From Squalus acanthias (lineage: Eukaryota): a stretch of 64,000 nt of DNA. Positions within the stretch are counted from its first letter, which is position 1. Each line of letters starts with the position of its first letter. The notes beneath the pieces were generated by a model that was not told the DNA's origin, made no database searches, and worked only from the letters and a program-made list of their open reading frames with translations. The stretch spans positions 127,660,001-127,724,000 of the forward strand of contig CM059431.1 of assembly GCA_030390025.1 (NCBI GenBank), read 5' to 3'. Below, piece by piece: positions 25,533-37,783 of this stretch. Made by a program: the position numbers and the translations under genes.

Positions 25533-26309
25533 CCTCGTAGGATGTGGACAGAAAATGCAATAGCATGAAATGATTTACAAAAGTAAAATCTCCAAATATT
25601 ATCAACAGCAGAATAAATGTCCTACAGTCCAACTCTTCAGAAACACTGCCTGTTAGTGAAAATGTAAAGGTGAGAAGCACCTCAACAGATTCAGATCAAT
25701 TTGTTATTGTTTTCAATATCTCCACGAATTATATTGTGCCCAAAGAATTATTTATGTAAGGTCATTTCTGAGGGAAGCGCTTTCTGATCAGAGATAGGAA
25801 TTGCTATGAGGAAAAGTCTGTTAGAGATTTGGGATCCCATCCAACCCAGTTTTTGCCCATTGCACAGCTGCCTTCAATATACAAATAGCATACTGCAAGG
25901 AGCGTTGGGGCATCTAAGAGAAGATGATAGCACTAATGCCACCAATCACTCTTTGCCATGTCTAACTCAAGCACTGAATTGCCAGATGTATATCGAGTAG
26001 ATCACTCTCTCCACACAGTTGAGTGAGTACTTTTCTAAAGCACAACTATCAGCCACTGCTACAACTGCATCTGTTGCCTACATTTCACAAATTGAACATT
26101 CGCCCATTGATTTAATTACTTCCTCAAAATGACAAAAAGTACAAAAAGCACACTATTTGAACATTGTGTTAATGTTTCTATGACTGTACCAATGGGGGTG
26201 GAGGCCATCTGGTTGCTGTCGGAAACAGCAACAAGAAAGTTAAAAAAAAAGCAATGGGAATTTGCACCATTACAGGTCTTTAAAGTCAGCAGCAATACAC
26301 AACGAGGTA

Positions 26310-26442
26310 GAGTTTCCAAGGAAGGGTCCCCGACTCGAAACGTTGACTCTGTTTCTCTCTCCTCGATGATGCCTGACCTGCTGAGTGTTTCCAGCATTTT
26401 CTGTTGTTATTTCAGATTTCCAGCATCCGCAGTATTTTGCTA
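26310..26442 (+). mobile_element. Penelope-like terminal fragment with degenerate hammerhead motif
   Basis: GGAAGGGTC...CTCGAAACGTTGACTCTG...TGCCTGACCTGCTGAGTGTTTCCAGCA. The same motif recurs at 35025-35168 and 45815-45875. Confidence 0.65.
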
Positions 26443-26900
26443 TTGTGTTGTTGAGGTAGAGTTTCCGCTTGTTTCCGCTCATTTTGCGCCCAGATTCCAG
26501 AGCAATCGTCATTCAGGCGCTGTAGAGGCATCGCTGGAGGCTGCCTAAAACAGGCTTTAGGCCTTATGAATATACTAATAAAGAGCCTAATACTGGTTAT
26601 AGGACACATGCTGGAAATTTGTTTGCCTTGAGCGTAACAGGCATTAGGTCTGCTGTGCTCAGAATTACCTGGTCTACATGTGGCCTAATGTGCGGTACTT
26701 AATCACTTAAGTCAAATAGTGCATCACGCAACAACCAGCAAATATCTGTCAGATTGTTTTGATGTTGTATCATAAAGCACTGCTACCAGGCACTTATAGA
26801 TATGTCTCAGTGTACCAAATGAGCATTCCACAACTGATTGTGCAGTTTATTGGATTAAATGTAGCACAATGATATTCTACTCATTGTCAGCAACATCTTA

Positions 26901-28693
26901 GGGCAGGATTTTCCCTGCGGAGGCGGGATGACGGCGGGAGAGCTGGATAGCGGGTTCCGGTTCCGGTCCCGCTCCCGTCTGCAGCCGCTCTCTGAAAATT
27001 ATTTTACGTAAATTGGCCTTGTAAAGCCCGTCCTGCGGGGTTCCCGGCCAATTAACAGGAAGCGGGTCTGCTGACATCATTTGATGACGCGTCATCAGCC
27101 GGTTTCCTTAAAGGGACCACGGCCACATTGAGTTTTGACAGTTGTGCTGTCAGTGTTCTGCAGCATTGAGGTGCTGCAAACACTGACAAGCACCGCACAA
27201 AGGTGCACGGCTGCACCCAGGCTCTACCATGACTCCCTCCATATGCTTATGGAGGGAGTCACAGCACGCAGAGAGATTTTCTTCCCTTCCCATGGGCGGA
27301 AGAGACCTCCCCAGTCTGGTTACACATTGCACAGGAGGACACAAGCAGGGATGTCGTCAGGAGGACCAGGCTGCAGTGGCGCCAACCTTTCAATGATCTC
27401 AGTAGATCACGAAATGTTACTGCAAAGACACAATCAACCTCACCCTGCTGTGCCACTCATCACACCCCCATCACTCTGCCTTCCTTACCCTACTCCTGCA
27501 CATCCTTACTCACACCAACTTATCTTGCACCTCCACCCATCCCTCTCTATCTACATTATCACTTCCTCATCTCACTAGCCACCCCTCACACTCACCCTCA
27601 TCCTACTTCAAGCAGACCAACTAACAACACACAAGGGTAGGCACTTGAGAGGTTTAGCCAATATTCATGTGAAGTTTCTGGTAATGTGTTATCAAAACAT
27701 TGAAATCTGTATTGTCGACACTTCACCTTATTGAACAGATCTGTGCGCACATTGAGAAGTGTCTTAGTGAGTTCCGGTGTCTGTTGAGGCATAACTCCTA
27801 CCCCCCACCCCTGCTATTGTGATGAGTGTGAAAGGAATGGCTTGGACATTATAGGGATGCTTTATGGTGCTGGTGTGGGATGGTGTCAACCTGGCACATC
27901 ATGTGGCAGCCAGGGTGAACAGTGTCAAGTGAAGTAAATTTGGCCATGGTGATGCCATCGCTGGCCTCCCGGGCAGCAATGTTGTCAGGGGCTGATGCCC
28001 TGTGTCCTGTGCAGCATCAGGTAATGGCGGAGAAGGTTGGTGTTGTTGTTGATGATGTTGTTGGTGATGTTGTTGGTGATGTTGGTGTTGGGGCCGAATG
28101 ATCGTGGAAGGATTCAGCGGACCAAGGTGTGATTTTTTCAAGGGCACCGATGTTGCTGGAATAGATGGCAGCTGGAGGTGAGATGACAGAAGTGATCTGT
28201 CAATGGTGAGAGAGGTTGTTCCAAGGAGGTGACACTGGATAGAGAGTTGGCTCTAAACACTTGCAAGCTAAATAAATCTCTATATGTCTCACAAATGCAG
28301 TAACCAACAGTTTCTGAGCTCTGAAACTGAACAGCTGCAATATGGTATCCTTTACACCACTTCTGCAGCTGTCAGGTTATCAGATACATCAAAGCAGACT
28401 CAACTCACGACAGGGTGAGCTGGCGTGTTCCCCGAGCAGTGGGTAATCCATGGGGGAGCACGTAAAATTACAAGGTAGGCTCAAAATAGCATTACATTGG
28501 CTGTTAACAGTCCATTTAATGATCTCAATTGTCTCCCCCGTGTCGGGTCAGTTCTGTGCAGACAGACCCGACACCTGGGAGACTCGCGTGGAGGCGGGTT
28601 GACAGCGGATTTCCTACCTGCTGTCAATCTTTGCTATTTTGACAGCGGACCCGCCTCTAAACCCGCACTCTGAGCGCCGGCAAAATTCAGTCA
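26901..28693 (+). mobile_element. Non-autonomous Harbinger (~1.8 kb), second copy
   Basis: TTA|GGGCAGGATTTT start. Myb exon AAPRLYHDSLHMLMEGVTARREIFFPSHGRKRPP. 27900-28020 matches the transposase 3' end near 55085-55130. Confidence 0.82.
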
Positions 28694-29232
28694 ATATTTA
28701 AAAAGAGGGCTGATTTTCATTTGGGAAAATCAGCATTAACAGGGTGGCAAAGGCCTAAAAATGATATCAGTAGCCTTGCCATCTTTCTAAGCTCAACGAT
28801 TGGCCCACCGCCATTTTGAACGGGGCGTATTGTTTGACGGTTAAAGCGTTTACCTGAAACAAGTGGTAGGCCACTTTTAATATGAAAATTGGAGTCCTAT
28901 GACATACAATGTATGCACAATCCAATCAGTTTCACGGGTGATAGAGCCAAATAGGACCAGCAGAGATAAAATTGAAAATATTTGTGTGGGGCCCTGAGGA
29001 GCACTGCCCCCCCCACCCCCCTGCGATCATAATGTAATGCCCCTTCCATACTTACCTTGCTGTCAGCTGGGGTGGTCTGATATTGGTCAGCCTTAATCCG
29101 GTGAGCTGCATCGGGACCACCATTTGGCGAAGTAGCTCTCCGGTCCAATGCAATTGAGACCAGGCCTCAAAATCATGGCCGGCTTTTCAGCGGCATTTGG
29201 GCGGCCAGCCCAAAACTCAAGATTGACACAAA

Positions 29233-29403
29233 GGGGGGGAAATTCGACATCGTTGGTAATGAAAACCAGGCAATAGTGAATCAACAGACTGCTTTACACC
29301 CTGCCCAATTTTATTTTCCATTGAAGTCAATTAAAAAGAAAATTGCATGCTGTGTAAAGCGGGCTGACTATCGCCTGTTACCGCCAAAGCATATTTCACC
29401 CCC
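29233..29403. mobile_element. Short foldback MITE
   Basis: GGGGGGAAAT...ATTTCACCCCC termini. Internal inverted GCTTTACAC / TGTAAAGC around a central CCATTGAAGTCAAT. Confidence 0.55.
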
Positions 29404-29404
29404 A

Positions 29405-29910
29405 GGGGGAAAAATTCGGTCGTGCCCCTTTGGGGCACTATCTTCGCCGGGGTGCTACTTTAACGCCCCGAAAAAGTTAGCACCCCTGCGCCGTAAATTC
29501 ATTGGAGGCGCCCCAAGCAGGAGGCAAGGTGCTAATGGAAGTGCTCCCCCTCCTTCCTGGGGCGCTATCAGTGAATATCGCAGTGCTACGTCCCACAGCA
29601 GCACACGCGTCGGCACGTAGCGCCGTGGTATTACAGGCCTCCCTCCCCTGATTAAAGGGGCGGGGCCTAGTGCTGCGTGCACTGGGGCCCTGCTGGACCA
29701 CCAGGGAGCGGTGTGCCAGGAAAGCAACCCGGCACTCAAGAGGAGTGCCGGGCTGAACGATCGCGGCCGGCACCCCAAATAAAAGAGGGGAAGGGGGCAG
29801 GTGCTGGCAGGCGGCCAGAAAAAAAAATGGCCACCTGACACCTGCCCCTTTAAATACCGCTGCCGCGGCTGCAAAAACACCACCCTGACACTGTCGGACA
29901 TATCGTCTGT
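29405..29910 (-). mobile_element. GC-rich MITE (family 'C'), partial
   Basis: Reverse complement of ~11670-12135; begins GGGGGAAAAATTCGG. Confidence 0.72.
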
Positions 29911-30234
29911 GCGAACAGCTGATTGAAGATCCAACTTTAATTGAAATGAGCAGAGCTTCTTAAATTGGTATGTACAGGGTAAGTACTTATTGACCTGCCT
30001 AAACTGTTGGTGCACTTCATACGTTTTAAGCAATTCCTTTGTTATTGACTCCTAGGGTAATGGCAAATGTTTAGCGCCATTTGCCCGATATAGATGGAAG
30101 CCCATGATAAACATGGCTGATGTAAGTGGTGAGGACTGTATCCCCCAAAATAGTTCGTGGGAATTCCTGATTTGAATAATTGTGAATCACATTTGAAAAT
30201 AACTGGCTTTCATATATATAACTAAACAAATCCT

Positions 30235-30592
30235 ACCACCTGTGTTTGTCTGATAGTAGCTTGGTTAGATAGGAATGATGGAAGGAGGCTCGAGTAGAGC
30301 ATAAACACCGGCATGGACTGGTTGGGCCAAATGGGCTGTTTTTGTGCTGTATATTCTGTGTAATTCTATGTGCACCAGGTAGTGACAGTTTTAATATTTG
30401 AGCTGACCTATAGGGCAGGACCTTGCCTGAACAGTCCAACCAATGGAATCATAGAATAGTACAGCACAGAAGGAGGCTCTTTGGTCCATTGAGTCTGCGC
30501 CGGCTCTTTCGAAGAGCAATCCAGTTAGTCCCACTCCCCAGCTCTTTCCCCATATCCCTGCAATTTTTTCTTCTTCAAGTATTTATCCAATT
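30235..30592. mobile_element. Two CR1 3' tails in opposite orientation (30235-30372 plus; 30445-30592 minus)
   Basis: First matches the reverse complement of 9915-10050; second matches 61154-61310. Confidence 0.7.
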
Positions 30593-33500
30593 GAACTTCA
30601 AATCTATTGGGTTTCACCTCACGGGTTTGAACCCTGCTTACAGCGGATCTGCTCAGTCAAAAAAGGAGAGCATAAACCAATATGTCGGCCAATGTATTTT
30701 GTGCACACTTCCGGAGTGGGATGTCTCACCACAAATTTGGTATGTGGAACAATGATTCTGTACCCCAAAACTGGGTGAACTGCAATTGAATTTCTATCCT
30801 GCAAAATCCATTGTAATAAGCATTTGTTTGAATGGAACTGAACCAAATCTCTGGTGTTTGTGAAAGCTCGTTCATCACTGGAGGTTTTCAGAAACCAGAA
30901 GGCTTGAAGACACAATTTTGTGTCCAAAAACATACTCACATTTTATAAAGAGTATTATTTGCCCGACTGTGACTGGTTCTACACAAATACTAACCCAGCA
31001 AAGCTGATCATAACTTCAAAGATGCTGACACCACCCCAGAAAATAACTGACAGTTGAAAACTTTCTTGAATTTAGACTTTCTGACACATGAAGACAACAA
31101 AGTAGGTGAAAAGTGCAGTGGGACACAAGGCTTGTCATAATGTAAGCTGCAAATATACCCAGCATTCCATTACTTTTATTGCAGAGGGAAAATATTCTAC
31201 ATTCATTAGACAAAACTGGCTGTCCCTTTTCCTGGAACCATGGCAGCCCAGAAGCAGATGGGAATGACTTGGATTCAGGCCAGTTGATTGAACTATAAAT
31301 AAACAATGTTTATTTTTAAGTGGCTTCAGGAAGGATTAGGGTGAGTCAATTCATTGAAACAAAACTTTTGAATCAAGTTCTGACGACACTGAAAGGTTAA
31401 TCTACCTTTTCCTCATTTAAATGCTGATTAGCTTCCTGTGCATTTCAAATAATTTCTGATTCTAAAACCTGAAAAAATGAATTACTGTTGGTGACATGGA
31501 TGGACACTTAATACATCCATGATATTTTTCTCTACGCTATTTTAACATTGACATTCACCCATTTAAAGTAAACTGGTTAGCACCCCGACTAAAATAGCAG
31601 AGAGAGCCAAGCCATCTGAATACTTCAAGCACTTGTTACCAATTGTAATTTCTAGTCTTTATTTCTCTTTTATTTAGTTGTACATGCGGGAATCATTTAA
31701 ACAAAAAAACCGAAGTGCACAAACATGTGATTTGCAGGCACTGGAAGCTGAATTTGGCACTCTTAGGTAGATTTGACTGATTGCCTTCAGTCCGGGGTTT
31801 TCAACCAATTATACTGTTAATCATTATGAATGTAACTCTTCGCATTTCCCCATGGATGTTAACTACTCTAATATGGATGGTGTGGACTCACTTTCAGGTT
31901 GCTGCATGGTAATCAGCATGTAAATAAACTGAAAATACCTTTCAACATTGCAGAATATAGCCAAGACCTGTAACTCACCCATAAACAAGCCAACTATCTG
32001 CATTGCATCACAGAAGCAAGCTGTTGTAAAGTCCTCAATATAGGAATCTCAATTTAATTTTCTAAGTCAAGTAATACTCCAACATAATTTCATATTTTAT
32101 TTCCAAACCCTGGTAATTCCACAAGGGCAATGACAGGAATGCTCAAATAATGCCCATTAATACATTCACAAAAAGAATATCCTCCTCATTTTAAAAAGCA
32201 CTGTAATTCATCTTGAAGAAAGTCAACCTTCACATAAGTAGCATGGTATGCCTCAGAAAGTTTCTTTGAGGAAAATTAAAACTTTGTTAAAAGTTACATT
32301 TTAGAAGCTTATTATATATAACGCTTGGGGGACAAAAACTAAATAACTGCACCTATAACTTCAACTCTCAGAAACCATCAGCTCATCTAAAAACGTTTCT
32401 GTCTCACGTTCATGTGCAACCAAGAATGGGAGTAGCATCTGATTGATAGATTGAGACAAGCTCTAATCCGACCTCTGACCTCTCTGATTGGTTCTGACAA
32501 GCTCCAGTGCTGCCCCTGAATCAATCTGATTGCTTCGAACAGCCTTCAGTTTCACCTTCGAGCGAGTCTGAATAGTTGATACTGACAATCTCCAATCTCG
32601 GGGAGTAAGTTGAATTTTCTTATGAAATGCTAACAAGCTGATGTGTGGGTTGAAATGCTGACTGTCCGTTTGAAATACTTGTGGTTGGCACATCTGCTAA
32701 TACCACACCAGTGAGCAGTGGATGAATATAACAGTTGTGATGTAACTGCCAATCTGTTTCAATTGTCAACAGAGCCAAGCTTTTTCTTACACAATTTTAG
32801 GGATGTTTTCTGGCAGTATTGTTGGCAATGATTAGCAAATAAAAACTGAAGGCTAGAGATTAAACAAGGCAGATTTCAAACAGGGAAAAATATTATCACA
32901 GTAGGCCTCAAATCTTCCCTGAGGAGGATCTGATGTTGGAGGTCTGACACAGCTGCAGGTATATTGTGTCCACAATACATCAGTCATTGTTAATGAAGTT
33001 ACAAAATGTCTAACAGAATGGAGTAAGTCATTATCACAGCCGCAGAGCTGCAAACCTCTGGGTGCATGTGAAAGGAAAACATTGGGATTTGTCCCTACTT
33101 GTGTTACTGAAGAGGTGTAACCCTTGGTGAGATGTTCCTGGATCTGGGCGCTCTCAGTGATGGGTGTAACAACAGTTGCCTCCAGTACTTCATTGCTGTT
33201 GATATCTACCATCACAAGGCTTACGTTTGACCTACTGCCTAGCTTCCATTTCCAGTTGTCTTTTGACCCCAGAAACTAAGTGAGAAAACTAGGAGTCTCT
33301 ATACTTAAAATAATTTCAAATTAACCTGAGATGCGGGTGGCCCAGAAAATGAGACCTGCTCCAAAAACAAACATCTCCTGCCTGTTTTGAATTTTGATAA
33401 AAAGCAAACGGTCCAGGCAAAAATCTGGCAACACTAAGACTGGAACACGCACCTGGAGTTTCCACTAGATTGTGCTGTTATTTCCAGCACAATTCACTTA

Positions 33501-35024
33501 AAATTGGATAAACCAGCGCAGAAGATCGGGGAATTTCAAGCTCAAATTACGTCCAGTTCAGATCAAGTTTCCGCGAATATTTGCACTAGTTTAAAAAACA
33601 TCGCACTGGAAGCCATCCCCGCCCACAAAACTGGCCACTTCCCCAGATCAAATTGATCACCATGGCGGGTTTCTGCTAATTGCGTCCGTTTGCAGGCCTT
33701 TGAGGAGGCTCTTAAAATTAAGTTGATTTCTCAAGGGCACGAAAAGGAACCTTTTAAAAACTTTTAAATATATATTTTTTTAATTTACTAGGAAACTGAC
33801 TACTGTACACCAATGAAACTAGTAAATGGTTCTGTATAGCTTTTTTTTAAAGTCATGTTCAGTTATTTAAAATTGGGTAACTCACAGGTGATGAACTGGA
33901 CACTGTGATTAAAATGCTTATTTTTTGTGATAAATCCATTTTCAGCTGTATTAATAAAACTGCACCAGGTTATCACTTTTAAATATATCAAGGAATATCT
34001 TTTAAAGCAACTTAAAAAAAATTACATTCTAAAATGTTGCCTGATTGCGCTAGTTCATGGAAGATTTTACATTAGAGATATGCAAATGAGTTTGAGCGTA
34101 AACTTGAGCAAAAAATTTGCTGTGCAAAACTAGCACAATTTTTGGCGCAATTTGCGCCCGGATCGCCGATTGCGCCCAAACTGGAAACACTTGGCCATAA
34201 AGTTTTAACAGAAGTAAATCGATCTGGACAAAATATTGTTTAAATAGAAGCTTTTGTTTGAAGATCACTCTGTTTAAATTCTTCAACTTTGTTGCTATAG
34301 AAAGTGTTGCAGTCGATTTGCAGTCATAAATATGGCAGCCCTTTAAATAAATACAAAAGGATGGATTTCACCTAACATCTGGGATTCTATCTGGGAAGAC
34401 CTTAACAGCAGCATATTATGCAAGTTGAGATGTTATAAATTATGACTCACCAATATCTGAGCACTAACTTCTTGGTTTATACAATTCCATTTGAAAAATA
34501 AGTCTTCAGATATTATCCATGCAATATTATTCATGAAAAGTCTTTGTGCTAAAATTTCGGGGGCTTTACGCCATCTGTTATTGGCAAAAAATAGCAAAAA
34601 GAGGGCGGCCGTCACTTTTTCGCCAGCTGGTGGGCGGTCTCGCGGCGTCTTCCATTTTCCCAGGCCCGGCAGCGCTGTCATCCATCGCCCTGCAAATTAA
34701 AATGAGGGAGCGGTGATGTCAATCGCCATGCAATGCCGACTTAACGTCACCACGGCGAACATGGATCCTTGCACTGGGTTCAGCGCTGGGTCCTAAGCTT
34801 ACCATGTAAACCCAGCGTGCAGCAGACTCACAGAGGTGCTGTCAGCAACTCTTAAAGGGACACACACATCTTTCAGGTAAGTTTGCATTTCAGCTTTTGG
34901 AATGCTTTTGTTTAGTTTACTGAAGTAGTCGCTTGCTGCAATAGATGTTAAAAGTTTTTTAATTATGTAGGGAGTGCTCCTGGATGCTTGCAAGGCCTTG
35001 GATGGTAAAGGAAGACCTCTGAGA

Positions 35025-35168
35025 AGACAAAAAATGCTGCAAATACTCAGCAGGTCAGGCAATATCCGTGGAGAGAAAAACAGAGTTCACGTCTCAGGTC
35101 AAGATGATGCCTGACCTGCTGAGTATTTCCAGCATTTTAAGCTGTCATTTCAGGTTTACAGCATCCGC
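35025..35168. mobile_element. Penelope-derived inverted fragment
   Basis: AAAATGCTGCAAATACTCAGCAGGTCAGGCA...TGCCTGACCTGCTGAGTATTTCCAGCATTTT inverted pair. Confidence 0.65.
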
Positions 35169-35565
35169 TCGCAGAGGGAAGAGGAAGACACAGAAGAAGA
35201 AGAAACAGAAAAGGAAGAAGCCAAAGAGGAGGAAACAGAAGAGGAGGAAGCAGAAGAGGAAGAAGCAGAAGGAAGGATGGAACTCCAGACAGCCCCTTTC
35301 TGTCTGGGATATCCAAGATGGATACATCCGCCTGCGGTAGTAGTGACCACAAACACAATTCCTCTTTCAACATTAGTCCCACATCTTACCTTCCCTCTGT
35401 TACTGACTATCACAGCGTCCTCTTGGCCACGGTGCTGAAATAAAAGCCACCACAAAGCATGCTTTCCAATCCAACTTTATACATCTGTCCATCCAATATG
35501 ACATCAAGAAATCAACTCATCACCCTGATGCATTTTCTTAGTGACTGTTTTGTGTGTGCCTTTGC

Positions 35566-36340
35566 CTATCCTACTGATGTCAGGCATTGCCACCCCAGTG
35601 GCTGCAGCATGGCTGGTGGAAGGCTGCTGATTTTCAGTGGGGGAAACTGGAAATGTCCTTGCTGGTTGCCCTTGAGGAGCTGGTGGCTGGGAGTGTAAAA
35701 TTGAACAATGGTGATTCTTGTACTACTTGTTCTTGTTCTTCTTGTTCTTGTTCTTGTTCTTCTCTCTCCTCGCCCTCTCCTTGGCCAACCACTGTCTGGG
35801 CAGGCTGCATTTCTTGGGTGTGTGAAATGAGGAAGGCACAAGGGTGGAGTTGTGGTGAGGGGAGGGCGGGAAAGCAAGAGGTACATTCCAGAAGGAGGAT
35901 AACGTATGAGGATACAAACATCTTGTATCCTTTCTGCCCCACCACTGGCCAAGGGCTCAGCCATGCCCCTGCCAAGAATGGCCAACACCGTCTCATCCAA
36001 AGGGATGAGTTAAGGCTTGGAATTGGAGATGTGCCTCGTGATTGGTGCAGATTGTTGGTAGGTGAGTGATTGGGGGTGGGGGGTGCCACGCATTGAGCAG
36101 TGTGTGAGGCTAGTGGTGCAGTTGGTAGGAGACGGCGTTTGAAGATGCATTCACTGACCTTGACCAGTGGTCTGAGGTCATGAAGCTTCTTTGGGCACTG
36201 GAGCCAGGTGGTGGGAGCAACACTGCTGGCAGTGATGGCCTCAGTGATGTGGTCCCACATTGTTTTTTCTAGAGGGCCTCCAGGCCACTGTGGGTGGAGG
36301 TCCTGTCTTGCAGTCTTGATCCCCTGCACAAAGCTGGAGT
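35566..36340 (-). pseudogene. Harbinger Myb/SANT-like DNA-binding protein, decayed
   Basis: MWDHITEAITASSVAPTTWLQCPKKLHDL...K|gtcagt donor. Next exon ...MDETVLAILGRGMAEPLASGG. Similar to 51625-52727. Confidence 0.75.
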
Positions 36341-36388
36341 ACTTTAAAGGGATCATCTGCAACCACTTACACCTGGCATGTTGTTCAG

Positions 36389-36883
36389 TGAAGGGGTTAA
36401 AAGTTAGATTAGCGACTTAACTGACTAGCTAGCTGATGTAATAAAGGAGCAGTCTGGCAGAACAAAGACAGTTGGAAAAAGCATATTACACGATGATTGG
36501 GGGAGTGAAAGAAGGCCATACATTGAACAATGGGCCGCCAATGTGATTTGCGAAGGTGTGGTTTAGTGTATGAAATTGGATAAGAGCTAAACAGTAGCAC
36601 AATGGCAGATGTGGAAACAGGGCAAATGAGATAAACAAGATGATGTTTTGTGGAGATGTGATTAAGTGTACGTGACTTGGACAATTAATTGGCCAAGTCC
36701 CGAAGATGTGAAGGAAACAAGATGTCAGATTGTATATAAGCCAACTGCTCAAATGTAAAAATTAGACTCCCGGCTCAGCTCAGACTGCGAGTGCCTCTCC
36801 CTGCACGTGCTTGAATAAAGATCACTTGGAACCAGTACACGCTCGTCTCCATCTGCTTTGGGGCAGAGAGAAATCCCACAACA
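36389..36883 (+). mobile_element. Solo LTR (495 bp), ERV-like, 5-bp TSD TTCAG
   Basis: TGAAGGGG...CCCACAACA. TATATAA near 36733 and AATAAA near 36814. TTCAG at 36384-36388 and 36884-36888. Confidence 0.85.
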
Positions 36884-37783
36884 TTCAGTTTGACTGGCTC
36901 AGTGAAACTTTCTGCAACTCCAGCAGCTTTATTAACAGGTAACAGAGAGGTTGTTGCAAGTGGAGAGCGCCTTCATTATTATTTAAAGGCTTCTGCTCAC
37001 AACACTTGCTCACAGTCATGGGGACTGTACTGGCAGTCCACCTCATGCTCAACTATCTTCAGGAGAGGGAGCGGAGGCAGCAAATTAGACGGGAAGATGC
37101 GCGCAGAGGGAGGAGTAGGGCCAGGAGGGCTCTCAGCAGGAGGCCTTACCCACCTAGTATCTTCCGAGAGCACTTCTCTTATATCCATTTAAGTGAAGAG
37201 CAGAGTATTAGAAGGCTCCACTTCACCAAAGAGGTAGTCACGGAACTCTGCCACCTCCTGCAACCAGACCTGCAGCCTGAGAGAAGGGCGAACACGGCTC
37301 TCTCTCCCAGTGGCCCTAAAGGTTAACATGGCCCTCAATTTCTTCGCCTGTGGATCCTTCCAGTCTGCAGCAGGGGACATAGCGAACATCTCACAGTTTG
37401 CTGTCCATTGATGCATCCGCGAGGTCACGGAGGCTCTCTACACCAGGAGAAGGGACTTCATTGTCTTCTCCCTGAGCAGAGAGGAGCAGGACGAGTGCGC
37501 AAGTGGCTTTGCCAGGATAGTGGGCTTTCCCATGGTGCAGGGCGCCACTGACTGCACACACGTGGCTTTGCAAGCACTGTATAACAATCCTGAGATCTTT
37601 TGTAACCGCAAAGGCTGCCACTCACTTAATGTGCAGTTGGTGTGCGACCACGCCCAGCGATTCTTGATGGTCAAAGCCTGCTGTCCTGGCAGCAGCCATG
37701 ATGCCTTCATTCTGCGTCAGTCCAGTGTGCCAGCAATCTTTCAGCCACCACAGCAAACTCGAGGGTGGCTTGTCGGAGACAAG

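Larger units (their letters stand above)
34548..36388. mobile_element. Internally deleted Harbinger: terminal region, acidic transposase tail (plus) and convergent Myb/SANT gene remnant (minus)
   Basis: Glu-rich tail 35170-35280 followed by AATAAA near 35439. 35430-35690 is homologous to 39900-40160. Confidence 0.65.

Noticed and set aside
26315..26350. Active hammerhead ribozyme
   Set aside because: The core reads CCAAGGA instead of CUGANGA.
11435..29910. Large inverted duplication suggested by concentric inverted repeat pairs
   Set aside because: Flanks of the paired elements are unrelated and the centres differ, so these are independent insertions.
35068..35455. Lys/Arg-rich and Ser/Leu-rich ORFs
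   Set aside because: Alternative frames of the (GAR)n acidic transposase tail.
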